Of a stretch of DNA of 64,000 bases, positions 36,304-49,738 are shown in pieces. The stretch's first letter is position 1; every line of letters begins with the position of its first letter. Under the pieces are notes generated by a model, which was given only the letters and a program-made list of their open reading frames with translations, was not told the DNA's origin and made no database searches. Position numbers and translations under genes: made by a program. Source of the DNA: Rotaria socialis (lineage: Eukaryota); assembly GCA_905331295.1 (NCBI GenBank), contig CAJNYD010000224.1, positions 215,042-279,041 of the forward strand, read 5' to 3'.

Positions 36304-37886
36304 GATTTAACTGAAAACGAAAGAAAAAACAAATAGAATAACATTTGCATTTGTCTACCAATATGTATTCAATTCTGCATCAATTTAATATCTACTTGCA
36401 GAATTCTAAAAGTTATTAAAAGTATAGTAAATTTTGTAGGGCAACTAACTCCTACGGAGTAGAGTAGCAAAAGTCTTTTTTTTTCTCTACATAGGGTAAT
36501 GAGTACGAAAAAAACAAATAGCTTAGTCGGACAACCTTTTATGTCAATAAAGTCAAATGAAAAATTCTCATGAATTCACTTCTATTCGCTTTCATTTTTA
36601 CCTTTTAACTTATTATTTCCGTCAGAATGATGTTTACTTTCATGAACATCTAAAGAAGAGAAAAAAAAGAAACGACTATGTATGGATTCGCGTATGTGAG
36701 TGTTCAGTGCCATTGTGTTAAATTCTATCGATGAACTTTGATTGATTTAAAATTGACCAATGAAATATTTCGACAATACGAAAACAAGAGAAAGTAAATA
36801 GAATATGGGAAAAGATAAGTTTTATAAAAAAATTTTCTTTTTTCTATTCATATTTTGTTGTTTTCATGAAAAATAATCGTTATTTTATTTCTAATAAATA
36901 AACAAAAATCATCTGTTAATTAACTATAACTAACGGATTGAACTCGTGTACTATTTGATGAACAATACGATGATTTCAGCTGCAGGTGTTCAATCACAGA
37001 ATAAAAGTCATAATGTGAGTTTTAATAAATATCTAGATAACTTGTGATGGCGAAACGAAAATGTACGATGTAATGCATGTGATTCAACCGATCCATGAAC
37101 GATTGTCGGCTTAGTTTACTATAGTTTCCGAGAGAATCGTGCGTTAAGCTGCGAAAATGAGCTTTGAATAAATATGATACTTTGTTGTTTTTAAGAAAGA
37201 AAACATTTCTTGAAAGAACGACACCAAGTGTTTTGTCATTCACCATTGAGTTATGTATAGTCGATACATTGAAAGCATTCATGTTTGTTTGTTTAACGAA
37301 AACAAAACACTTACCAAATGTCACAATAGTTTATTGACATGAGATTGAAAAATGTGAATGATGTAGACTTTAATCGGCAAAATATGACATAGAGTATGCA
37401 GATATATTCAAGGAGAAAAAAGTGGAATATGCTAAAAACTATTTGCTATAATTTTATCAACGGAGAGGAAAAAAGATTTTTTTTTGTTGCATAAATTGAA
37501 AATATTCTCAATGCGATTGTACTCTCCTCTTTATCATATCTATGAGAGTAAATATGAAGAATAGCAGATGTTATGCTTCTTATTAGTTCGCCTTCTGTTA
37601 TCATATTTCTTATCATTCGATTTCTAATTCTTGTCATCGCTAAAAATACTTTTGATTTCAAATAATTAGATATGTTAACTTATCATAAAGTTATGAGTCT
37701 TCTTAAAAATAATTCTATACGAAGAAAAGTCCCGGTAAAATAAAATTCATTCATTTCTAGCATCCGATAATGCTAAATAACTAATCTGTTTTCCTTAGTT
37801 AATTGTTTTCTTGAAAAACGAGGACTCAAAAAATAGCATATCCTTTCAGTAGTCTCTACTTTCCAATATTCCCAACCAATTTTTCA

Positions 37887-39530
37887 ATGTATCACCCTAG
37901 AGTAACCTTTGGGTTGTTGTCTACCAGTGTTTGAATATTATTCAATATTTTGTTTGCCCTGCACTTAGAATCAACAGTCAGATTCAACAACAGATTTTAT
38001 TGGTTTTGGTAATTTACCGAATCAAATTCATCGTAAACTAGCTAAACGTGGTTTTGAACTTACACTTATGGTCGTTGGTAAAATAAAATATCTCTATTCA
38101 CAATTAGAATGTTTTTTCCTCTCTCAATATTCAATAGGTGAAAGTGGACTTGGTAAAACAACATTAATTAATAGTCTATTTCAAAGGGATCTTCATTCGC
38201 AACAACATCTTTCGAATGCTGCTCCAGGTAAATGAGTTTCTTATGCTTTCGATGCTATTTCGGAGTTTTTTTTGCTGATAAACAAATAGAACAACTTTAT
38301 TCGTCAATCAAAATTGAACCATCAACTATTGATATTGAAGAATGCGGCGTTAAAGTGCGCTTAACTATAATTAATACGCCTGGTTATGGTGATAGTATCA
38401 ATTGTACTGATAATTATAAATCAATATTAAATTATATTGATAATCAATTTGAGCTTTATTTCGATGCTGAAAGTGGCCTTAATCGTCGAAGCATATCTGA
38501 TAATCGTGTTCATTGTCTTTTTTATTTTATTTCATCATTAGCGCGAGGGTTTGTTCGAGAGAATTTCATTCACAACTCATCTCTTTCGATGTTTATTTTA
38601 GTCTTAAGCCGTTAGATATTGAATGTATGAAAGCATTACATCATAAAGTAAATATCATTCCAATAATTGCAAAAGCTGATGCATTAACATCCGATGAACT
38701 TATTCAAATGAAACAAAACGTATGTAACGAAAAACGAAATCTCAAAATCATTCATGCGACATTATTTTCAGTAGTGAAATTCTATCCTGGTTTAGTCTTT
38801 TAAGTACAACAATATACATCAGCGCTTTTTTTCATGTCTAAAAATCATTAAGAAAGGAATTCATCTTATGCAAGTTTCTTGATGCTAACGTTTCATCTAC
38901 GAAAATAAATTCCTGAGGCATTACAGAGCATATACTATGTAATATCACGCGATATTCGATACGATCTTTATTTTTAACAAATTTATATTTAGATTATTGA
39001 ACAAATTCATGGTCATCATATTCAAATCTATCAAATACCTGATTGTGATGCAGATGAAGACGAAGAATTAAAAGAAAAAAATATTCAATTGAAAAGCTGT
39101 TTACCGTTTGCAATTATTTCCTCGACACAATGCTTTGAAGCTAAAGGAAAACAAATTTATGGACGAATATATCCATGGGGTTTAATTGATATCGAAGATT
39201 CTAATCATTCTGATTTTCTCAAACTTCGAAATATGTTAATGTAAAAGTTAATCTCATAGGGCAACAGGATATTTTTTAATTTATCTGTTTTTAGAATACA
39301 TATGCAAGATTTACAACAAGTAACACATGAATTTCATTATGAAAATTATCGATTGGAGAAACTTCAATTAAAAAAATATGACGGACCACAAAGAAAATTA
39401 CTTCAAGAGAAAGACAATGAAGTAAATTATTTTTCTTTCATTATTGTTTCCTCTTCAAGATTTATTTTAGCTTCGTCGAATGCAAGATTTACTTTGCAAA
39501 GTACAAGGGCAACTAGCTGGAAAATTGTAA
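37887..39530 (+). CDS. Septin, SEPT2 group, multi-exon
   Basis: [13 protein letters not shown]...[51 protein letters not shown] and C-terminal EKDNELRRMQ coiled coil. Confidence 0.92.
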
Positions 39531-41440
39531 TTAGTAGCTTCTCATCATATCCTTTGTTATGTAAATTAGTAATATTTGTACATTGTTTTTTATCTTATAT
39601 ATTATTATAGTTCATTTTATATCGAGGGAAAATAAAGATGAATGAATTTATTGATATTGCCTTTGATACGAAGTCATCAATGTAGCCGAGCAACATCGAA
39701 ATATTGCTATATCGTTGACTCATTATTTATGTTTTCAACACTCAACTCTATGTAAAATTCTTAAGCGGTACTTATAATTTTAGTTTGTCCAATAGGATAT
39801 CTTTTTTTTTCATTTGATGTTCAAGAATGCAACGTCAAGTCCTCAAACGGACTATAGGAAACGAATAGCATATTAAATCTGACGGTTTCATTTTTCAAAT
39901 TATGACGAATGTGACTTTCTTTTTGTTGTTCTCGCTCGGAGTTGCAGCTAAGTTCCTGTATCATATGCTTAGTTGATTAAATGGAATTTGTAATAGAAAT
40001 AATTATGAAGATCCTGTCTCAAGGTTTCATTGTTGTTACTCATTCATAGTATTTATTATTAGACAGAACATGATTTTACAGTATATCATTTTCAGAGTGG
40101 TATTTATGTGCATCTAAATTTAGATATTCAACAGAATTGCTTAATCTAATGCTTCAGCTAGATTTATATTCAAGTGCGGAGTAGAGTTTATATCATGATG
40201 CTTTAATTTTATGTATGCAACATTATATTTGCTAATCAAACTTACTGACATTTGGCGTATAATCATAATGGTGAGGATAATGCTGCTCATGAATTTTATA
40301 TATAGATTTTCATTCTTTTCGAAATGATGAGAATCAGAAGTTTGAAAAACTATTTTATCATGAATGATATGGTTATTCCTCTCGAATTTTTTGTGAATTG
40401 ATCTTATTTACTCAGATTATGTTAAACTGCCGGCAACTATTTTCGTCGGTAAACAACATTGTTTTGAATTCAAACAGATTTTTATGAGACCGACTGATAC
40501 TCTTGTTTTTTGATGATATGTGGAAACCATTGTTTCTCTACGCTACAGCTAATTTTAGATCATCTTAAGAAAGAGCATCTGAAATTTCGCTTGCTTTTTT
40601 TAGAATAAAATTGGTCTTCAATGCACCTTTTATGGAATGATAGGCTATTGTAATGTTTTTTTTACTTAATAGAAAGAACATCTACGTCATTAACAGAAGA
40701 TTATCGTTTTATTTCAACGACTCTGCTTTTATTTCATAATGTGACGAAATAACATTCGTATGAATCACGTCTACATCAGATAATTGTGAGGACGTGATGT
40801 TTCGAAGAATGAATGTACTTGGGAAATTTGATGTATCAGTAAGCGAAATAGCATCACGTGCAAGTATTGCAGAAGTGTAACTGTTTGACGAGGAATTTTC
40901 TTCAAGAATGATTTCCCTATTAAAACGAATAACTAATATATCAGTAATAATTGATTTTTTGAAACTACAAAATGTTCCGCATTCGGAATTTTAAAAGAGA
41001 ACTCGTAAAAAAAGGGACATGAAATCTATAGATGTGATGAAAATGGATTTATTTTAGACGGTAGAACAAGAATTACGTAGATAATAGTAATACATACAAG
41101 AATCATCTGCGTCAGATTCAGATTTATACTAATTAGTAGATAATTACATGAAATGAGAAAAAATACATCAAGTCATGTTACGCTCGGTTGACTGATTAAA
41201 AGTCGTGTAAATAGATTGGGATGAAAAGTACAAATTGGTTGTTTTATTTTTCTGTTTTTCCGTTTTATATTTATGCATAAATGCACGTGATTAATCGAGT
41301 ATTACAATATTTCTATAGAGTATGCTTCAATGTAAATCGTTATTACTATCATTTGATATTATTATTTCTATGAACAATATTTTCATTCGTTTTTAGATTT
41401 TGAATTTGAAGGTAAAAAAAACTAACGTTTATTTGAAACA

Positions 41441-41779
41441 ATGAACAATAAACCAAAACCACAAAATGCCGCAGCACCAGTATTTCGTGCTCGCAATCCA
41501 AATCAGTAAGTATATCATTTTTTCTTCTTCCGAATTGTATTTACATAGAAACAATCGATTCAATCTAATATAGACACCATCATCAACATGTGCATCAACC
41601 AAGACCACATGCGTCTCCCAATATTCCGCGCCCGAGTGAATTTTATTTCGTTGCAATCATCAATATAAAAAACAAAGATGCTTTTTATTTTAGGGCCACC
41701 ATCGTTTTCTCGAGCGCCCTGGGATGTAACACAATGGGTTGATCCTATTGAAACTCAATATTTAAGCCATCACAAATGA
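41441..41779 (+). CDS. Small orphan His/Pro-rich protein (70 aa); exons 41441-41505, 41574-41635, 41694-41779
   Basis: Two GT-AG introns (68 and 58 nt) join in frame to MNNKPKPQNAAAPVFRARNPNQHHHQHVHQPRPHASPNIPRPRPPSFSRAPWDVTQWVDPIETQYLSHHK*. The exons are richer in GC than their flanks. Confidence 0.6.
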
Positions 41780-43938
41780 TGGCGGATAAACGCTTGAATT
41801 TTTTGTAAAAATAAAAATCATTCCTTTTATGTATCGAATAAAATTATTATCGATCAGGACGTTGATGTGTATAGAACACTCGTATTCGTACTTCGTCTTC
41901 AAAATTTCAATAACAAAATAGAACAGTACGACAGTAAAATACATTCATACATAGATAAACAAATGATTAACATATTGTCTGTTACAGCGAGGATATGAAA
42001 CACAATACACAGACAATATCATTAGATCGAAGTGAAATAGTAAAATCTAGTACGCCCAACAATGTTGTTTTATGTGTGTTTGGTAGACAATGGTAGTGGC
42101 TCAATTGTTCTATACAATTTATTTAGAAAAATGTAATCGGTTAAGTGTTGTTGTTGTTGTTGTTGTTCTGTCTATTGTAAATATATTATCGAGCAAAACA
42201 GTATTTCATGGCTACTATTATGATTGTTGTATGAAAGGATTTAGAAGATCTGATGAATTTAACTGATTTTCTAACAACATTGCTATGCATATAAATATCA
42301 AAAACAGAAGTGGTCTGCTTTTTGGACTGACCTACTTTGCGATGATCAATAGCATTCGAGAAAAAAAAATCTTTTTCTTCAGTATAACATTTTAATACTC
42401 TCTATTTACAAAATATTATAATTAACAATCGTTAGCCATGTTTTTCCTCCACACCACTCTTATTAAAAAAAAGATAGAAATTATTCTCAAACGGAAACCT
42501 TCCATTTTATTTATTTCGACAAATCTTACTGAAATTATTTGTTTGGTTGCTACCATAAAGTGTCCTGAGTGAAAATATCCAATTTGGTGGCTTCTCTCCT
42601 TTTTCTTTGATTAAAACATGTCTTCCGATTCATTTTGTTTGTTTAGTATTTATCATATAAATACATGCCGAGATCGATCATTTCTGACCAGAGGAAACAG
42701 CATTTATCCGCCCTAAAACAACTACGAAACGGGGAATTACTGCATTCAATGAGAGCAAAAAATTAGGCAATTCCTTTCATGTACATGAGTCTGCATTTTT
42801 CTCTGTTTATCTTTTTTTTCGAAGTACAGATTCGGCACGATAGACGTATGATCGATCCAAAAACATTAAAAGAAGACCGAATGGAACGTCTTTGCCAAAT
42901 CTGCTTATACTCGAGTTGATGCTCTATTTCAAGAGTAAATCACAAAAGCAACAATCGATCTTATCAATGAAAATAAAGAATTAACTTTATTTATGAAGAA
43001 AACGTTTTTATTTTGTGCATTACATATGAATTATCTGTACGCCTGTTTATTGGTAAAACCAACACAAAACTCCAAAATGTAAATTTATTTTACAGAAACA
43101 TTCTCTTGTGGCCATAGGATCTACTTACTACAAAATAAATTCAAATCATCAGAGAAAAAAGGTCTTGCAACATAAAAGAAAGAATCGTTTCTACATTTTA
43201 ATAATACTCAGAAATTCTCTAGAAAAGACTACGATTACAATGCAAACTGTTGTGCTTCCATAACAGTATTAAAAGAGAAAAATAGATAATAAACATCAAT
43301 TTATATAATTACAATCACATACTTTTTAAATCGATGTTATTTTATTGCAAAACTATTGAAAATACGTGTTCATCTTCTAAAGGTTTCTCAGGCGAAATTT
43401 TTTTTATAACTAAGCGTAAATTAATATGGAAGACTAAACGTGTAAGTATAAGATAAATATTCAAGGGGACCTTCTCTCTGTAAATCAACTTTCACGAAGA
43501 TTTGAAAAAACAATCGATATATTTTTAATCATTCTGATTGAATTGTTATTGTAAACCAACAAAGATGCATTTGAAAAATAGCTCTGATATGTAATGAAAA
43601 CCAAATAACAACAGATGTGACATGCGGTTTCAGATCACGTATTGAAAATAGCACAAAGTCGAAATCAATTGAAAAGTATCTACAACATATTCATTCAAAA
43701 ACAAAAGAAAAGAGAAATGCAGCAGCTGAGTGTGGTACTCATAGAACCATTTTATTTCTTTTTTTAATGCATGCAGCATAATATATAATACATGACAACA
43801 AAAACGATCTATATGGTTTTAATTTCCCTATGTTGAAGCATTTTTTGAATAACAATACGTTGAATAAATCGTATTAGAGAAAAACATCATTTTTGTTGTG
43901 TAAAAGAAACGCTGACAACTAGATAAAAGCATCTAGCA

Positions 43939-45573
43939 ATGGCTATACTTAGTATTCCTACAGTCTTTCCTGAAGAAATACAAAGCCCAACTTTTGATCG
44001 AACACGAACAAGTTTGAAATTTGTTGATCCAATGGATAACGATCAATCATTACCAATAATGCAAACAACTGTTCTAAGAATTGTACCTCGCTTTAAAATC
44101 ATAGCAACAATAGATGAACCAACCAAAGTTTTCTATCAAAATAAATCACAAATGAAGTCTAGCAGTTCTCCTGAACTGATCGTAAGTCATTCTAATATTT
44201 AGAGAAAAAAACATTTTTCATTTTACAATTTATTCTTTTAGAAAGAAACAGGAACAACTCAACAGATTACTAGCGCTGAAGATTTTGATCGTGAACCATC
44301 GGCTTCTTCTGTATCTCAGAAGTTGATTTTAAAAACCTCTCGAGATAGAGACGAAAGATCAAAGCCGAAAATATATGAATCATCTATATCTTGTGGCTCG
44401 TCTCTACCATCTTCAAATATGAAACAAAAACCTTCTACACGTCTTGATTTCAATCAAGTTCAATATCTTGCCGAAGTAACTGCTAAAAGAAGCTCATCTC
44501 TCTCTAATACTCGGTCTCTGTTTGACCAAACATTCAATATTTTTGATCCCAATGGTTTCTTTGAAATAGTATCAATTAACTCTCATTCGCCTCAATTTCA
44601 ACATTATATAAAACCAATGCGCTACGAGCCCAACGCTCCCAACGCTAACAACAAGCAAACATCAAGATTATATTCACAAAATCGTCTTCGCCAGAAATCC
44701 AGTAAAAGTACTGATTCATATACTGTTCCTGATGAATATAATCGAGTAAATAAACAGCACTTGAACAAAAACCGACATACTTCATGGTCGCCAATCAGAA
44801 AATATACTAATCAACGACGAGATTATACACCAACAATAAACAAAAGGTAAATATATATATATATATATATAGAAGTATTTCCTTTATTTTTAAATGTCTT
44901 TTTGATTTAGAAAGGAAAATTCTTCGTTGTTGCCATCGCGTTCTCCCGTTTCATTGGTCAAACCTCATTTAGAAAATTCTTTTTCTAAAAAACCTGTTCG
45001 TAGTCCTCATCACATATCTCGATTATCTCAATACTCTTCTACTCTGCCTGTTAGTGGACAATCTCTAACATCTGTTACTTCAGCGCTACAAGAAAATGAT
45101 AAGAAACAAGATAATGAGAGTATTTCAAAATCTGATCTACCTGATACAATACATCAAGAAGAACATGACGAAACAATACAACGCTATGATAGACTATTGA
45201 AAAAAATGCGATCTACGGATGAACAACTTCGATCATCGTCTCAAGCATGGATCAGCAATATACCACAAAAACTGCGTGTGAGTAAAAATTCTTTATTCTA
45301 TGAGAAATGTTTTAGAAAATCACAAAAACAAAATTGTTTGTTGATTCATTTCAGATTAAAATGGATCGAAGATCGAGTTCTTCGGTGAATAAAATACAAA
45401 ATAATGGACACTATTTTTCACCTATAATTATTCAAATATCTTTCATCATTATGGTTATCTTCAGTTTACTTTTTGTTTATTTCTTTCATGAAATTAATAG
45501 GTGGTGTAGTGAATATCCTGCTTCTGCTGCGCTCATGTTTGAACAGCATGATGATGATACGTCGAACTTTTGA
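43939..45573 (+). CDS. Ser-rich orphan protein with one C-terminal TM helix (477 aa); exons 43939-44181, 44242-44846, 44911-45277, 45355-45573
   Basis: Three GT-AG introns join four ORF pieces in frame. TM IIIQISFIIMVIFSLLFVYFF near the C-terminus; no signal peptide seen. Confidence 0.7.
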
Positions 45574-47330
45574 CCATATTTATTTAATTTTGAATAGAAG
45601 TAGGTCAGAGCAAGAAAAAAAATAGGACTTCATATTTATTTCTCTTCATTTATTTTGTAATTCTTCTTTTCGCTTATAATGAACTATGACGAGGAATTGT
45701 ATGTTGTCTTTTTTCTTCATAGTACATACTTCTTCTATTGATTTTACTTTTTATCATATGTTATTTTACACTTATCGAGTTCATATATGAACTCCATTAT
45801 TTGTATATATTTTATCTCTTCAAATACGAATAGAATAAACTTATTTATTCTATTATAGCTATATTTTCCAAACAATCGAACATGACTTCCTGTACAGAAA
45901 TGTCGACCAATGAAATACAAGACAGCAGAAAAGACGATGAGTCATTATCGTGCGCAAATGTCTACTGTGCAACTTTTGCTGTCCTACAACGTATATAACT
46001 CCTGCCGTTTCAGTGAAAAATTAACTCTGATTCCGGAACAACCACAAGAAAATCTTTCGCCTTTTACTAAAGATTTCTGTGTTTCGGAATAATTCAATGA
46101 GTCTTAAAGACCAATTTTTTTCAGCTCGCTTCGTGCGGGCCTCCAAATAATGAAAAAGACAATCTCCTTCCAAACATTTCACGTTACGACGCTGAAGATC
46201 AGTCGTCAAAGTAAAATAACTCAGTTTTTAGCAGTCGTATGCAAATGTAAATTCAAGAGGGCTCATTTCTTATTTGACAATTTAATTATTAGATAATAAG
46301 ATTGATGGTGATTGAATTCATGAATATGTCAAAATAAGAAGGTTGCACATGTCAACATATCGTTTTTTCACATTGTTGCTAACAATAGAATTTTTTAAAT
46401 TTTCATAAAGAATTTCAAGGTACTGTAAAAATAATAGGGTATAGAAGTGTTTCTCGAATTTTCTTTGAGATACTTTTATTCGAAAACTAACCCTGAGAAC
46501 ACCCACTCATTACCAATGATCGCCTAACAGGTGACATGATAAAATGCGAGCACCTCCCCCACGCACGTAGTAAAACAAAGGTGAGTATAGGCTCAAAGAT
46601 AAATCAGTCCTACTTCCTATCAAATGCGCAGGTGGTGCAGAGATAGCGGTGATAAAAAGAATCAGATGCATTCAAAACTAATGCAAATTTATGAATCATT
46701 AACATTGTCAATATATATTTGCATGCTATGAAGTATTTCGATTAAGAGTTATTCTCTTTGAAATCAATCCGATGATATACATCGACGGTTATTTTCAACT
46801 GAGAAGATATCGGACGAGTAGAGCAACCAAAAAAAAAGAATATCCCATTAAATCATGATGATTGAATAGCGATTAGAAGAGATACCATTGAAATACAGAA
46901 CAAAAAAGAAAAAAAGGACAGACTTGTGATAGTTTTAACATGCGATAGCAGTGCGTAGTATCGATTCAATTGACATTTTCAAATAGTTTAACTTTGAATA
47001 GATTTCATGTCAAATTGAAGATGACATTGTTGATATAGTTGACAATTAAATATATTTCTTTTGATAAAAAAAAAGAAACATTTTGAATAGAATTAAGGCA
47101 CACTACATAAATCCATTCAAAAAAACAAAAACAAAAAGATTTCTATACAAAAAAACAAATGTCACTGTATCGTTTTGGTTTTTTTTCGTCAAAGCACAAA
47201 AAAATATGAAGATTAAACAAAAACAAAGATAAAAAATTGAAAACTTTTTATTGCGATGATTAAAAATGAATTTAAACATCATCTCTAAAAATAGAATAAA
47301 AAATAAGAAACAAAAAATTAACGAATTTCT

Positions 47331-48216
47331 CTACCTTATATATTCAACATAATTAGCTGGAATCATGCCTTTATCTCCAAGGTTGTTTCTTGCCAACCAC
47401 CATAGTGGCTCGATTTTTTTGATAATCATTAAAATCTGTCCTTTTTTAAACGGTAAATCTTCTTCATCCTTTGAAAGATAAAATCAAATAATAAACGAAA
47501 TTCAAATGAAATTATGTTCATACTTTGCCATCAAAATTATATTTTGTTCGTACACGAGGTTTTGAATGCTAGAAAGAAAAATTTTATTCGTAACAATAAG
47601 AACTATTTGAAAATCTCTTTCAACATACAATTCGAACAAGTGGCGTTATATCTAACAATCGTTGTTTATAAAAATTTAGAAGATCTTTCATACTTGAGAA
47701 CGTCTTATCACCAATTTTATATATTGATGTTGAATTTTCTTCGCATACGTTTATTATATAATGACTAACTTTTGAACCTTCTCTTAAAATAACAAAACAA
47801 AGAAGTGAATATTGACTCCATTATAAAATAAATCTCACATACTTAACACAAAGAACAAGATCGCCTTTTATTGTACTACTAGGACGTACAAGAAATGTGC
47901 CATCTGGTTGATTTTGCAATGTACTTATTGCGTCGTCACGACTCAATTCATCAAAGAACCAACTAAAGAAAATATTGGAAAAAACAATCAAGTTTAATTT
48001 CATTTCAGAATGACTTACCTGTCCTCATCGCTAGAATTAAAGTCAGCGACTGGTGACGTTGAAGTTAATGGTTTTTGTCCTATAACATCATTCATCCCAT
48101 GCAACCGATCTAAAATGTATGTTTGTGTATAGACATTTATATATGTATGACACAATCGTCAACATAACGCTCATCCTTGTTCAAATAAACGATAACTAAC
48201 TACCTGCAATAGTCAT
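47331..48216 (-). CDS. CRK: Crk/CED-2 family adaptor, SH2 plus one SH3
   Basis: Spliced SH2 WFFDELSR...[31 protein letters not shown]...YKIGDKTF...LLNFYK; SH3 KYNFDGKDEEDLPFKKGQIL...WWLARNNLGDKGMIPANYVE, then TAG. Confidence 0.85.
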
Positions 48217-49667
48217 GATGCAGAGGTGTTGAGCTCAGTTATTGTTTGATAAATGCTATAGAAAAGTAACAACGATTAAAACAAAGAGAACATCGGTAGT
48301 CAGGATGAAGATGACGCGATCTTACAGGTCATCAACTTTTTTCTCCTTCGTCTCGAGTAATCGTTGTATGTATCCTCTTATTTTCTTCTTCTCCTTCTTC
48401 AACGTTCGCTGTGAGTAAATATTGTAGAACAAAACGAAAGAAATAGAGAGAAAAGAGAGAAAGAGCGACGATATGCAGTCCTTATCGTGCTGGCATGTGT
48501 GTGCATTTATTTTTTTCAAAATCGAAGCGCCACTATTCATTATAATGAAATTGAAAAAAAATTGTGTCATAGACAATGCAGACATACACAACTGCTTCTA
48601 TTGTTCAACAAAATCGATCACCTACCATTGATGCATAGGCGGTCAAGTTTCTTTTCTCGTCTTTTTTCTTCGCCTCTTTTGTTCTCATTGAATCAGTCTT
48701 TCTATTTTTGACCAAATAGAGTGAAAGAAAAGAAAAGGAGAGCTGTAAATGTGTAAGTGTATGTATGTATGTATGTATGTGGACGAGTAAGAATCATGAC
48801 GTTTTTGTTATTTGTTAGTAGCTTAGTGGGTGAATGACTTGCTTCACTGCTCAATAGACTCTAAATATCCACATAGACACGCACATATATCTACTAGAAA
48901 GAAGGAAAGACCATGACGTAATAACAAATTGTCTGTGATATGACCAGATGTTGCTTCTACACATAAATATAAATATATTTGTGTGCATGCTAGACTAAAA
49001 TAGCAGGAGGTACTTAATTCTTATTGTATCGTTTTTCTTTTTAGCGTTTTTATCTCGATTAGAAACAGAAAAGACATAGATATCAGTGTTTGCTTATGTT
49101 GACAAGAGAAGACATTATTCGATTAATCAATTCTGTCTTGTATATGATGGTAAGCTCGAGAAATATGTCGATTGTTCTCCGGAAGAAGCACGTAGAGTTC
49201 ATTGAGCCCAAGGATAGATAAATTACTTGACTAATAAACAAAAAAAAACAGGTACTAGAATGCAAGCATTATATGTTGTACTAGATCCTTGACGATACTA
49301 AATAAGCATACTTCCTTCACTCTCTGGGGTATGAAAACAATCGCGTTCATCTATCATCTTTCTTTTCTTACATTAATCAATCTCACAATTGGACAGGAAT
49401 ACATTTCATTCGATCCCTCCTGATAAATGGCTCTTAACAAAGAAATAGTTCATTGCTGTTCTACATACGTATGTATTCAAGGATGTCATCAGTAAAAATG
49501 GCGGTTAAAAGCTATTAAAAATTTCATTTTAGCCTTTTATATTGAACGCGTTCGTTCAACTCATTATGTACTTGATATTAGGAGTACTACAAGTATAAAG
49601 GAAAACACTTCATTTAAAAAATGAACTATTCGAATACTGTAAGACACAAAAATAACAAATATCTTAT

Positions 49668-49700
<33 letters not shown>

Positions 49701-49738
49701 AACCTGTACAAATCGTAGATCTCTAAGTTTTTCTTTTG

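Noticed and set aside
45420..45573. KASH domain call for the tail-anchored orphan
   Set aside because: Tail length and Cys fit loosely, but the terminal PPPX motif is absent.
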